DNA of 16,429 bases from Octopus sinensis. Taxonomy: Eukaryota. The stretch lies in assembly GCF_006345805.1 (NCBI RefSeq), contig NW_021825181.1, forward strand, positions 1 to 16,429, in the 5' to 3' direction. Made by a program: the position numbers and the translations under genes. This document shows positions 1 to 10,216 of this stretch, one piece after another (the stretch's first letter is position 1; each line of letters opens with the position of its first letter). The notes under the pieces are model-generated. The model searched no databases, was not told where the DNA came from, and saw only the letters and a list, made by a program, of their open reading frames with translations.

Positions 1-60
1 CACTTCCAATCGGTTAAGATCAGAAGCCACGAGAGCCAGTGCTTGGCACTGCATCAGGGT
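1..60 (-). mobile_element. 5' end of ~550-bp TAA/TGA-associated non-coding repeat (runs off window)
   Basis: Reverse complement (accctgatgcagtgccaagcactggctctcgtggcttctgatcttaaccgattggaagtg) aligns with 15585-15638. It abuts an (ATC)n tract. Confidence 0.8.
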
Positions 61-61
61 A

Positions 62-110
62 TATCATCATTTTAGTCATCATCATCATCATCATCATCAT
101 CATCGTCGTT
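62..110. repeat. imperfect (ATC)n microsatellite
   Basis: Direct reading. Confidence 0.9.
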
Positions 111-296
111 AACATCGTTATTGGAAAAGATGAAGAGCGCGTTGCGATAGCAATAGATATTGTGTGGGTTGAACGATATTTCGACAGTTAGCCTATCCTT
201 GTCGAGCTCAAATTTAGAAATGATAAAAATTCAAAATTATAGAAATCCAGATCTAAAGTATGAACGAAAGCAACCAGCGTCCACACGTTGATGGAA

Positions 297-622
297 TGAC
301 GTCATCAGACTTTAAGTTTCAATTTTCATAACAGGCGAAAAGAAAGACAGGAAAAAAAGAGGAAAGAAAAAAGAATACTTGAACAGTTTTGTGTAAATTT
401 GATGATATTCTCCTGTCATTTAATCCATTCTTCCAGTGCGTGATGTTAATAAGCCGCAAACAGATTTCTCCTAGTGCATTCTGAGAAGTGAAACTGAAAG
501 TGAAGTAGATTCGGAATATTTTCTGACAATCTGCACTTTCAAGTCCTTTTTCAAAACTGCAGCCGTTTGAAGCGAAATGTTCGGCAACGCCTGTCGGATT
601 GCTGTTATTGTACCTGACGTCA
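297..622. promoter_or_regulatory. two perfect CRE palindromes (TGACGTCA at 297-304 and 615-622)
   Basis: Motif matches in repeat-free sequence. No functional evidence. Confidence 0.25.
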
Positions 623-697
623 AATCTGTGTCCATTAAATCTTTTGTTTAATTGCTGTCGAAATATCGTTCAGCTAATAAAATACCCACTGCTATCG

Positions 698-698
<1 letters not shown>

Positions 699-769
<71 letters not shown>

Positions 770-788
770 CATCATTATTATTATTATT
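699..788. repeat. (TTA)n microsatellite = (TAA)n tail/target of the LINE on the - strand
   Basis: Direct reading. It abuts the LINE 3' UTR. Confidence 0.95.
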
Positions 789-1073
789 CAGTAGTTTTAT
801 TTTTATAGCGTGCTTTCACTTCGCTACCGAGCGCAGCTCTGTGTGCCTTGGGTATGTGCTGTGATTTGTTGTGATGATCTGATGGTTATTGTATGGAAAG
901 TGTTCTGCGTAGGATGTGTGCAGTGCCTAGTAGTGCAATTTTCTGTATGTTATATGTGTTTGTAAGTCCTGGTGTTTTTGTTATGTATTTGTCTGAATAT
1001 TTTTTATCATACCTAATGCACCTACTATGATAGGAATTGTTTCTGTTTTTAGATTCCACATTCTGGTTACCTC

Positions 1074-1074
<1 letters not shown>
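789..1074 (-). mobile_element. 5'-truncated R4/Dong-clade non-LTR retrotransposon (C-terminus of restriction-like endonuclease region + 3' UTR)
   Basis: Joining two frames gives EVTRMWNLKTETIPIIVGALGMIK/KYSDKYITKTPGLTNTYNIQKIALLGTAHILRRTLSIQ* (stop 886-888), the typical R4/Dong ORF end. There is one frameshift in the T-run near 1000-1006. The ~97-nt 3' UTR has AATAAA and runs into (TAA)n, with TAA tracts on both sides. Confidence 0.85.
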
Positions 1075-1148
<74 letters not shown>

Positions 1149-1179
1149 CATCATCATTATTATCATTATTATTATTATT
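1074..1179. repeat. (TTA)n/(TCA)n microsatellite
   Basis: Direct reading. Confidence 0.95.
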
Positions 1180-1516
1180 GAGTGAGAGAGCAGTGCATGA
1201 CATCAAAGTGACACTGGGGTAAAATATACGAAGCCCAGTATATCCATCATGACTACCCGTCTGATAAGGGTACACCAGGCACATGCATCACAACCATATG
1301 TGCGCGACATGGTGATCTCATATCAAGATAAACAGTGCATGACCTTGCAGGTGGGGCCCAGTTAGAATTTTCTTCTGGTCGGGTAACCCATCCCACTCAA
1401 AAGGTCCCTGATTAAGGGTTGTTTAAGGATGTTGAATGAAACACCCATGTTTCCAGAGGTGAATTATTCAAACCCCAAAGAATCCCTCTCAACACATGGC
1501 TATGATGCTCCCCCAC
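1180..1516 (-). mobile_element. 3' part of ~550-bp TAA-associated non-coding repeat, 5'-truncated
   Basis: 1251-1516 is the reverse complement of ~15797-16060. On the - strand it ends ...ctctctcactc(aat)n, with TAA tracts on both flanks. Confidence 0.85.
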
Positions 1517-1517
1517 C

Positions 1518-1670
<153 letters not shown>

Positions 1671-1683
1671 GAAGGCGACGAAA

Positions 1684-1890
1684 GGCGCTGAGCTGGCAGA
1701 ATTGTTAGCATGCTGGGTGAAATGCTTAGCGGAATTTCATCCGTCTTCACGTTCTGGCTTCAAATATGCCCGCGGTCGACGCTGCCTTTTCTCCTTCCAG
1801 GATCGATGAAATAAATACCAGTTGAGTACTGAGATCGATCAAATCGACTTACATCCTTCCCACAAAATTTCAGTTCTGGTGCTGGAAGGA
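1684..1890 (+). mobile_element. tRNA-derived SINE family A (Meta/MESC-like central domain), diverged copy
   Basis: A-box-like tggcagaattg and degenerate B-box. Alignable end to end with the reverse complement of 5381-5596. Confidence 0.8.
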
Positions 1891-2387
1891 TATTATCACA
1901 AAGTTCAACATTCCTATCATCAGGCGTCTTCATTGATCGCGTACTTATTTGACCTTTGATTATAGAAAACAAAAATATCTACCTAAATGTTATATCTTGG
2001 TTTATCTAGATTTGCCTTTTGTTATTGGTGTTATTGTTTGTTTGTTTTATTGCTTTGTTTTGCTAATTCTTATTGTCTATTTCCTTCGTGCGTTTGAATT
2101 CGAAGCTATTTTCCACTGGAAGTTCACTGGAAAATGGAAAAGGAAATGCTTTTGTTATTAGAATCACATAAGATATACACAAATATAGCAACCAGTTAAC
2201 CAAAGACACTTTGGTGGAATCGGTTTATGCAACTTCAAAATGGATTAAACCGAGTCATACGGAAACACGGTGTGCGTGCATGTATGCATAAATTGCATAT
2301 ATCTGTGTACAAACACGCAAACACACACACATCGTTATGCAATTGTATGATCCATATATCCAAGTGTAGTTTTGCAGGCATCAAGTT

Positions 2388-2389
<2 letters not shown>

Positions 2390-2460
<71 letters not shown>

Positions 2461-2539
2461 TATATATTATAATATATATATATATATATATTATATATAT
2501 AATATATATATATAGATATACAACACATATATATATATA
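2390..2539. repeat. imperfect (TA)n microsatellite
   Basis: Direct reading. Confidence 0.95.
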
Positions 2540-2751
2540 GGGAGAGTTTACGAAAAAGACAAAAGACGAAGACAGTTGTGTAAAACAAACAGATGTATTA
2601 GTATAACGCTCTGGAATAGAAAATCTTTTCGTTTCGAGCCTACGCTCTTCTACAGAAAGGGACACAGTAAGAAACAAGGAGAGAAAAAAATGTGTGTAGT
2701 GGCTAACGATATATCATGGCGACTAGTGCCGGACAGAAGGGTCAAAACCAC
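2540..2751 (-). mobile_element. Penelope-like fragment with degenerate minimal hammerhead motif (2625-2659)
   Basis: The - strand reads cttt-CTGTAGA-a-gagc-gtag-gctc-GAAAC-ga-aaag. It is bounded by TA tracts. Family assignment is inferred from the motif. Confidence 0.5.
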
Positions 2752-2767
2752 ATATATATATAATTGA

Positions 2768-2897
2768 GTGTGTGTGTGTTTTACGATATTATAGAAATAC
2801 TTACTTACATACACACACACACATATATACATATACATGTACATATACATACATACATACATAAGCGTGTGTATGCGTGTGTGCATGTGTATATATG
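2768..2897. repeat. mixed (TG)n/(CA)n/(TACA)n low-complexity tract
   Basis: Direct reading. Confidence 0.85.
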
Positions 2898-3152
2898 TAA
2901 AGATTTCACTTGGCCATAGAAATACTTACAACCAGTGCTAGAACTTAATAAATGGGTCATTTTCCGTAAACCGTGAAGTCAGTATAAAGCGTAATATGAG
3001 TGATAATGTTACATTTTCATGTCATTATAATAAGTTTTCATTCCATGTTAATAGAAGGAAGAATCTTTTGTAAATGAACCGAAAAGGAAATGAATTTTTG
3101 TGGAGGTAATCAGTAATTATTTTTATTAGAAGCAGGACAGGCAATTAGCTTT

Positions 3153-3215
3153 TATATATAATATAATATAATATGATATGATATAATATAATATGATATA
3201 ATATATGATATGATA
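3153..3215. repeat. (ATATR)n pentanucleotide repeat
   Basis: atata atata atatg atatg ... by direct reading. Confidence 0.85.
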
Positions 3216-3458
3216 GTCCTCTCCTTCAAACACTCACTTGCAAGCATATATGTCCATACCCGTGCAGAAAATTTCAGCATATAATTTCTACCCTTTAACA
3301 TGTGTGGGCATGAAAGTGCATGCATGCATGTAAGTGTTTGTATGTATGTATACATGTATTTTGTATGTAAGTATATATGTATGCATGCTTGCATACATGT
3401 ATGTATCTACGTACATACGTACATAATACATATATAGATATATATATACATACATACA

Positions 3459-3492
<34 letters not shown>

Positions 3493-3816
3493 CATACGCG
3501 CACACACACAGCGTACAGTTGTACGCCTCAGTACGTATCATACGCGTGGAGCTGAGCTTTACAATACTATAAAGTCTTCCTGTAATTAAAGAACTTCAAA
3601 TAGTTGTATATACATATACACTCGTATGAGTATAGCATAATACATTTGATTGCAAGTACGTATGTATGTATGCATGCTCGTATGTCACTGTGTGTGTATG
3701 TTCTTATGCTCATATGTAAACATTTTGTATGTTTGTACGTATATATACTTAAATATATATACTTAATTATAGATGCACTCCATAATCTCAAGCGCAGAAA
3801 TATATTGCACACACGT

Positions 3817-3870
<54 letters not shown>

Positions 3871-3915
3871 ATTCGTTTTGCAAGATTCCTGATGTGAAAT
3901 CGTGTGTTGAAACAG

Positions 3916-4167
3916 ATATTGTTTTGTATTTCGGGACGGTCATTTTCTTTGCCAAATAAACACACGCACTATATTTTTTTTCTTCACTCGTTTATTACTA
4001 CTTTTCTTGTTTTATTATTTTAACTCATGTCCAAGAGAAAAAGACTTCCAGACAATGGACTTGAGTTAAAATGATAAAGTAAGAACAGTAGTAAACGAGC
4101 GAAGAAAAAAAATATAGTGCGTGTGTTTATTGGCAAAAAAAATGACCGTCCCGAAATGCAACAATAT
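3916..4167. repeat. fold-back inverted repeat (~115-bp arms 3916-4033 / 4056-4167, 22-nt spacer)
   Basis: atttcgggacggtcatttt...aaacacacgcactatattttttttcttc pairs with gaagaaaaaaaatatagtgcgtgtgttt...aaaatgaccgtcccgaaat. Confidence 0.9.
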
Positions 4168-4805
4168 ATATGTGTGTGCGTGTGTGTGTGGTGTATGTGT
4201 GTATACATATATCTATGTGTGTGTATATATATATATATATTATTATAATATATATATATATATATACACACACGCACAAAGAATTATTAAGCCCCAAACA
4301 GCACTTGACCATCCCTACAATGATAAAAGGAGGTGTAATTTATAGCCTGCCTCCCCACCACCGCACACTCAGTGACACTGAAGTGGTCAAAGCTGAAATT
4401 CTTAGAACCCCCTTGGAGTCGATGTTCTGTCCAGCAGACCAAAGGAAATTCTTTCCTTCTTCTTCCCTTCTTCCTTCCCCTCTTTCTCTTTAGCACTCGC
4501 CTGAGATACAAACGCGCGCGCGCACACAACACACACACATATACATAACATACACATACACACATGTTCTCTCTCTCACTTTCCCCTCATCCACCTCACC
4601 CTCTTGTGCTGTCTTGTTCCTCCCCACAACTACGAAACTCTATAAAATCATTAAAATTCCCCACAAAGGAATTATTTTGATTTGAAACCCCACTAGAATG
4701 GGAGAAAGCGCTAATGATCTAAATGATTGATATATATGTAAAAAATGTATATATAAATAAATATCTGTAAATATAAACCATCCGATCTTCTGATTACCTC
4801 ATTTC

Positions 4806-4865
<60 letters not shown>

Positions 4866-5380
4866 CATATATATATATATACATATATATGTACATATGT
4901 GTGTGCGTGCGTTCGTGCACGCGTGTGTGCGTCTGTGTGTGTATGTATATCTATCTATATCTATCTGTATGTATTGTTCTCCATTCCCCCCTCTCTCTCT
5001 CTCTATCTCCTCTTCCGCTCTGTCTGTCTGTCGTCTCTCTCTTTCACTCTCTCTCTCTCTCCCCGAACATTACAATTTCTTAACCTAATACCAAAACCAT
5101 TTGAAACGGTCTTATATGACTATTAATTATTGTTCTTTATTTTTTTTCGCACGCGTGCTTGAAACGTAAAACAGAAACCATAGAAGGAATATACTATTTT
5201 ATTTCGTCTCGTACATAATTTGGTCAGGAAGTTTATAACATCTCAAGGTGAATATATTATCACAATTCCAAGGAATAATATATCAACCGAATAAGCAGAA
5301 AACATAAGCAGACAATAAATGTCTGTAATGCCAAAAACATTAGCTACGTTATTGACCCCTTGGATGCAATATATGATATT

Positions 5381-5596
5381 TCCTTTTCTACTCTAGGCAT
5401 AAGGCCTGAAATTTTGAGGAAGGTGGCCAGTCGATTAGGTCAACCCCAGTACGCAACTGGTACTTAATTTGTCGACCCCGAAAGGATGAAAGGCAAAGTC
5501 GACCTTGGTGGAATTTGAACTCAGAACGTAAAGCCAGACGAAATTCCGTCAAGCATTTCGCCCGGCGCGCTAACATTTCTGCCAGCTCGCCGCCTT
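5381..5596 (-). mobile_element. tRNA-derived SINE family A, near full length
   Basis: The - strand starts ggcggcgagctggcagaaatg (A-box). B-box gagttcaaattcc lies at 5510-5522. Central gcctttcatcctttcggggtcgacaaattaagtaccag resembles the Meta/MESC SINE domain. Confidence 0.85.
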
Positions 5597-5611
5597 CCGT
5601 CTTGCATAATA

Positions 5612-5657
5612 TCCTTTTCTACTCTAGGTACAAGGCCCGAAATTTTGGGGGAGGAGC
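5612..5657 (-). mobile_element. isolated 3' tail of SINE family A
   Basis: tccttttctactctaggtacaaggcccgaaattttg matches 5381-5416. Confidence 0.75.
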
Positions 5658-5670
5658 TATTATATATATA

Positions 5671-5892
5671 TACGGGGAGGGGCTCAAAAGGTCCTGCTTT
5701 TGGGTAGGAGAACATACAGAAGGGTGAGTTAATAGTGACTTCATTCAACATATTCCCTTCTCAAATTCACACACTTATTGCAGCGGTCCTTCAGTTTTTG
5801 TAAACTCTAAGCGAAAGAACTCGGAAGTTTGGGCCTCCGACAAAGCTTTTCGCGATACCCTTAAGCCAGGAATGTTTCAGCACCGCGTCGAA
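5671..5892 (-). mobile_element. old mariner-derived MITE (~220 bp)
   Basis: Diverged ~30-bp TIRs (tacggggaggggctcaaaaggtcctgcttt vs reverse-complemented right end ttcgacgcggtgctgaaacattcctggctt), starting in a TA tract. The - strand at 5741-5806 encodes SLQKLKDRCNKCVNLRREYVE*, like a mariner transposase C-terminus. Confidence 0.7.
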
Positions 5893-5976
5893 CATGTGTG
5901 TGTGTAGGGGGCGTGCATATATCTATATACACACATTTTTGTATACATCTGTTTGTATGTATACATATATTCATAT

Positions 5977-6156
5977 GTAACTCTTGAGTTTCCCGTTGCC
6001 GTTCATAGCAATAACTGTCCGATGAACGGGAACGGGAAACTCAGAGTAACAGGTTTTGTTTAATTTTCTGCTGCTTTAAATAAAGCATATTACTCTACCA
6101 CTGGTATTTGAGTACTCTTTTTTCCACCTTGTTTCACATTTATGTGTTTACTCCGT
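5977..6156 (+). mobile_element. Penelope-like pLTR fragment: 5' inverted duplication + hammerhead-like motif (6015-6052) + AATAAA
   Basis: ctgt-CCGATGA-acgggaacgg-GAAactc-a-gagTA-acag. IR arms 5977-6006 / 6022-6050. AATAAA near 6079. Confidence 0.55.
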
Positions 6157-6497
6157 TATATCATATGTAGATATTTGCATATGTGTCTGTGTGTGTGGGT
6201 GTAAACGCGTGTGTGGGTGTATGTGGCCACACAAACCTGCACACGCACACACGCTCACACACATACGCACACATTACATACACACCTACTCGTATATACG
6301 TTCTGTTCTTGTCTGACATTAAGCTCTATCAAGATATATTATCTCTTCATCTCGATAGACTTAGCGGAAGTCAAAATTAAATGTTATATAATGTTTATTA
6401 TTTCTTTAGTTTGTTCTTTTAGCTTGCATACATGTATGTATCTACGTACATACGTACATAATACATATATAGATATATATATACATACATACATACA

Positions 6498-6531
<34 letters not shown>

Positions 6532-6883
6532 CATACGCGCACACACACAGCGTACAGTTGTACGCCTCAGTACGTATCATACGCGTGGAGCTGAGCTTTA
6601 CAATACTATAAAGTCTTCCTGTAATTAAAGAACTTCAAATAGTTGTATATACATATACACTCGTATGATTAAGCATATACATTTGATTGCAAGTACGTAT
6701 GTATGTATGCATGCTCGTATGTCACTGTGTGTATGTTCTTATGCTCATATGTAAACATTTTGTATGTTTGTACGTATATATACTTAAATATATATACTTA
6801 ATTATAGATGCACTCCCTAATCTCAAGCGCAGAAATATATTGCACCACGTATATATATATATAATATATATATATATATACTA

Positions 6884-6934
<51 letters not shown>

Positions 6935-6981
6935 ATAAATTCGTTTTGCAAGATCCTGATGTGAAATCGTGTGTTGAACAG

Positions 6982-7232
6982 ATATTGTTGTATTTCGGGA
7001 CGGTCATTTTCTTTGCCAAATAAACACACGCACTATATTTTTTTTCTTCACTCGTTTATTACTACTTTTCTTGTTTTATTATTTTAACTCATGTCCAAGA
7101 GAAAAAGACTTCCAGACAATGGACTTGAGTTAAAATGATAAAGTAAGAACAGTAGTAAACGAGCGAAGAAAAAAAATATAGTGCGTGTGTTTATTTGGCA
7201 AAAAAAATGACCGTCCCGAAATGCAACAATAT
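6982..7232. repeat. fold-back inverted repeat (duplicate of 3916-4167)
   Basis: Same arms and spacer. Confidence 0.9.
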
Positions 7233-7235
7233 ATA

Positions 7236-7268
<33 letters not shown>

Positions 7269-7281
7269 ATACATATATCTA

Positions 7282-7341
<60 letters not shown>

Positions 7342-7881
7342 CACAAAGAATTATTAAGCCCCAAACAGCACTTGACCATCCCTACAATGATAAAAGGAGG
7401 TGTAATTTATAGCCTGCCTCCCCACCACCGCACACTCAGTGACACTGAAGTGGTCAAAGCTGAAATTCTTAGAACCCCCTTGGAGTCGATGTTCTGTCCA
7501 GCAGACCAAAGGAAATTCTTTCCTTCTTCTTCCCTCTTCCTTCCCCTCTTTCTCTTTAGCACTCGCCTGAGATACAAACGCGCGCGCGCACACACACACA
7601 CACACATATACATACACATACACATACACACATGTTCTCTCTCTCACTTTCCCCTCATCCACCTCACCCTCTTGTGCTGTCTTGTTCCTCCCCACAACTA
7701 CGAAACTCTATAAAATCATTAAAATTCCCCACAAAGGAATTATTTTGATTTGAAAACCCCACTAGAATGGGAGAAAGCGCTAATGATCTAAATGATATGA
7801 TATATATGTAAAAAATGTAATATATAAATAAATATCTGTAAATATAAACCATCCGATCTTCTGATTACCTCATTTCTTCTA

Positions 7882-7939
<58 letters not shown>

Positions 7940-8464
7940 TATACATACATATATATATATAGCATATATATGTACATATGTGTGTGCGTGCGTTCGTGCA
8001 CGCGTGTGTGCGTCTGTGTGTGTATGTATATCTATCTATATCTATCTGTATGTATTGTTCTCCATTCCCCCCTCTCTCTCTCTCTATCTCTCTCTTCCGC
8101 TCTGTCTGTCTGTCGTCTCTCTCTTTCACTCTCTCTCTCTCTCCCCGGGAACATTACAATTTCTTAACCTAATACCAAAACCATTTGAAACGGTCTTATA
8201 TGACTATTAATTATTGTTCTTTATTTTTTTTCGCACGCGTGCTTGAAACGTAAAACAGAAACCATAGAAGGAATATACTATTTTATTTCGTCTCGTACAT
8301 AATTTGGTCAGGAAGTTTATAACATCTCAAGGTGAATATTATATCACAATTCCAAGGAATAATATATCAACCGAATAAGCAGAAAACATAAGCAGACAAT
8401 AAATGTCTGTAATGCCAAAAACATTAGCTACGTTATTGACCCCTTGGATGCAATATATGATATT

Positions 8465-8680
8465 TCCTTTTCTACTCTAGGCATAAGGCCTGAAATTTTG
8501 AGGAAGGTGGCCAGTCGATTAGGTCAACCCCAGTACGCAACTGGTACTTAATTTGTCGACCCCGAAAGGATGAAAGGCAAAGTCGACCTTGGTGGAATTT
8601 GAACTCAGAACGTAAAGCCAGACGAAATTCCGTCAAGCATTTCGCCCGGCGCGCTAACATTTCTGCCAGCTCGCCGCCTT
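8465..8680 (-). mobile_element. SINE family A (duplicate of 5381-5596)
   Basis: Same sequence, offset 3084. Confidence 0.85.
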
Positions 8681-8695
8681 CCGTCTTGCATAATA

Positions 8696-8742
8696 TCCTT
8701 TTCTACTCTAGGTACAAGGCCCGAAATTTTGGGGGAAGGAGC
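8696..8742 (-). mobile_element. SINE family A 3' tail (duplicate)
   Basis: Duplicate of 5612-5657. Confidence 0.75.
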
Positions 8743-8756
8743 TATATATATATATA

Positions 8757-8978
8757 TACGGGGAGGGGCTCAAAAGGTCCTGCTTTTGGGTAGGAGAACA
8801 TACAGAAGGGTGAGTTAATAGTGACTTCATTCAACATATTCCCTTCTCAAATTCACACACTTATTGCAGCGGTCCTTCAGTTTTTGTAAACTCTAAGCGA
8901 AAGAACTCGGAAGTTTGGGCCTCCGACAAAGCTTTTCGCGATACCCTTAAGCCAGGAATGTTTCAGCACCGCGTCGAA
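8757..8978 (-). mobile_element. mariner-derived MITE (duplicate)
   Basis: Duplicate of 5671-5892. Confidence 0.7.
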
Positions 8979-9062
8979 CATGTGTGTGTGTAGGGGGCGT
9001 GCATATATCTATATACACACATTTTTGTATACATCTGTTTGTATGTATACATATATTCATAT

Positions 9063-9242
9063 GTAACTCTTGAGTTTCCCGTTGCCGTTCATAGCAATAA
9101 CTGTCCGATGAACGGGAACGGGAAACTCAGAGTAACAGGTTTTGTTTAATTTTCTGCTGCTTTAAATAAAGCATATTACTCTACCACTGGTATTTGAGTA
9201 CTCTTTTTTCCACCTTGTTTCACATTTATGTGTTTACTCCGG
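9063..9242 (+). mobile_element. Penelope-like pLTR fragment with hammerhead-like motif 9101-9138 (duplicate)
   Basis: Duplicate of 5977-6156. Confidence 0.55.
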
Positions 9243-9786
9243 TATATTCATATGTAGATATTTGCATATGTGTCTGTGTGTGTGGGTGTAAACGCGTGTG
9301 TGGGTGTATGTGGCCACACAAACCTGCACACGCACACACGCTCACACACATACGCACACATTACATACACACCTACTCGTATATACGTTCTGTTCTTGTC
9401 TGACATTAAGCTCTATCAAGATATATTATCTCTTCATCTCGATAGACTTAGCGGAAGTCAAAATTAAATGTTATATAATGTTTATTATTTCTTTTAGTTT
9501 GTTCACCTGAAGGTGGAGTCTAATGCATTCTGTTGCTCCAGTGTTTTATTGAATCATGCTATCTACCACAGAGATAGAACAGATAACTTTTAACAAGATA
9601 ATAAAATATCGTCAGCTGTAACGTTGGAGATAATAGTTTCTGATGCAAGCGCTGGGAATTTAGATAAATGGATTCTAAACATACTTTATTTCATACTTCT
9701 CATTGAGCAACATTTTTTTAAAGCTACCTTAATTTGAACACTTCTAAATGCATGTTTCACCAAGCTCAATATTAGAGCCATTTTTT

Positions 9787-10216
9787 GGATCTTTTCGGTT
9801 TGAACGGCAGTTTTTAAAAATAATTTCCACGTAACTAAAAAAATTTAAACTTCGTATACTGGTAGAATGTGTTTATAAAACATCTTTTTCTCTTGGCTTT
9901 ATTGAGAAAATTCTATTGTTTGTAAGATATTTGTTGTTTTTTTTCTTCAATTTCTGCAATTTCAACCAATCACTGACGTCTATTGAGTTAAAAAGCATTC
10001 TGTGCCGTATGAATATGTCCCTCGTTTAAGAAACATTGGGTTTATTTACATTTCTGAAAAAAAAAGATACCCTTCCTCTACCCCTAACCCTAATCCTAAC
10101 TAACCCTAATCCTAAAAGAGATTGAAATGCAATAGATCGATTCTAGGGTCATAATTACTGGTGACAATTTCATATGACACCGCTAGAAAAAACTGCCGCT
10201 CAAACCGAAAAGATCC
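9787..10216. mobile_element. 430-bp non-autonomous DNA transposon (MITE), GGATC-starting TIRs, 8-10-bp TSD
   Basis: Left ggatcttttcggtttgaacggcagttttt matches right aaaaactgccgctcaaaccgaaaagatcc (29 bp, 1 mismatch). Flanks are catttttt / catttttg. Confidence 0.9.
10082..10115. repeat. degenerate telomere-like (CCCTAA/TCCTAA)n
   Basis: ccctaa ccctaa tcctaa ctaa ccctaa tcctaa, inside the MITE. Confidence 0.8.

Larger units (their letters stand above)
3387..6416 (+). repeat. tandem duplication, copy 1 (~3.03 kb)
   Basis: Begins gcttgcatacatgtatgtatctacg and ends tttagtttgttc. Near-identical to 6422-9504. Confidence 0.95.
6422..9504 (+). repeat. tandem duplication, copy 2 (~3.08 kb)
   Basis: Same order of all elements as copy 1. 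The 5-nt junction tttta lies at 6417-6421. Confidence 0.95.

Noticed and set aside
3511-3526. Small palindrome gcgtaca-gt-tgtacgc
   Set aside because: This is expected by chance in purine-pyrimidine alternating low-complexity DNA.
5388-5576. ORF MLARRAKCLTEF... identical at 8472-8660
   Set aside because: It lies inside a SINE. The identity reflects the duplication, not coding constraint.
5500-5596. Possible tRNA gene (A and B boxes)
   Set aside because: No cloverleaf; it continues into a SINE body present in several diverged copies.
2227-9510. Many YI/CV/HT-rich ORFs, including the 172-aa ORF at 7195-7713
   Set aside because: They are dinucleotide-repeat read-through; frames differ between the two duplicate copies and no domains are recognisable.
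10082-10115. True telomere or chromosome-fusion scar
   Set aside because: It is short, degenerate, single-orientation and enclosed in a MITE.
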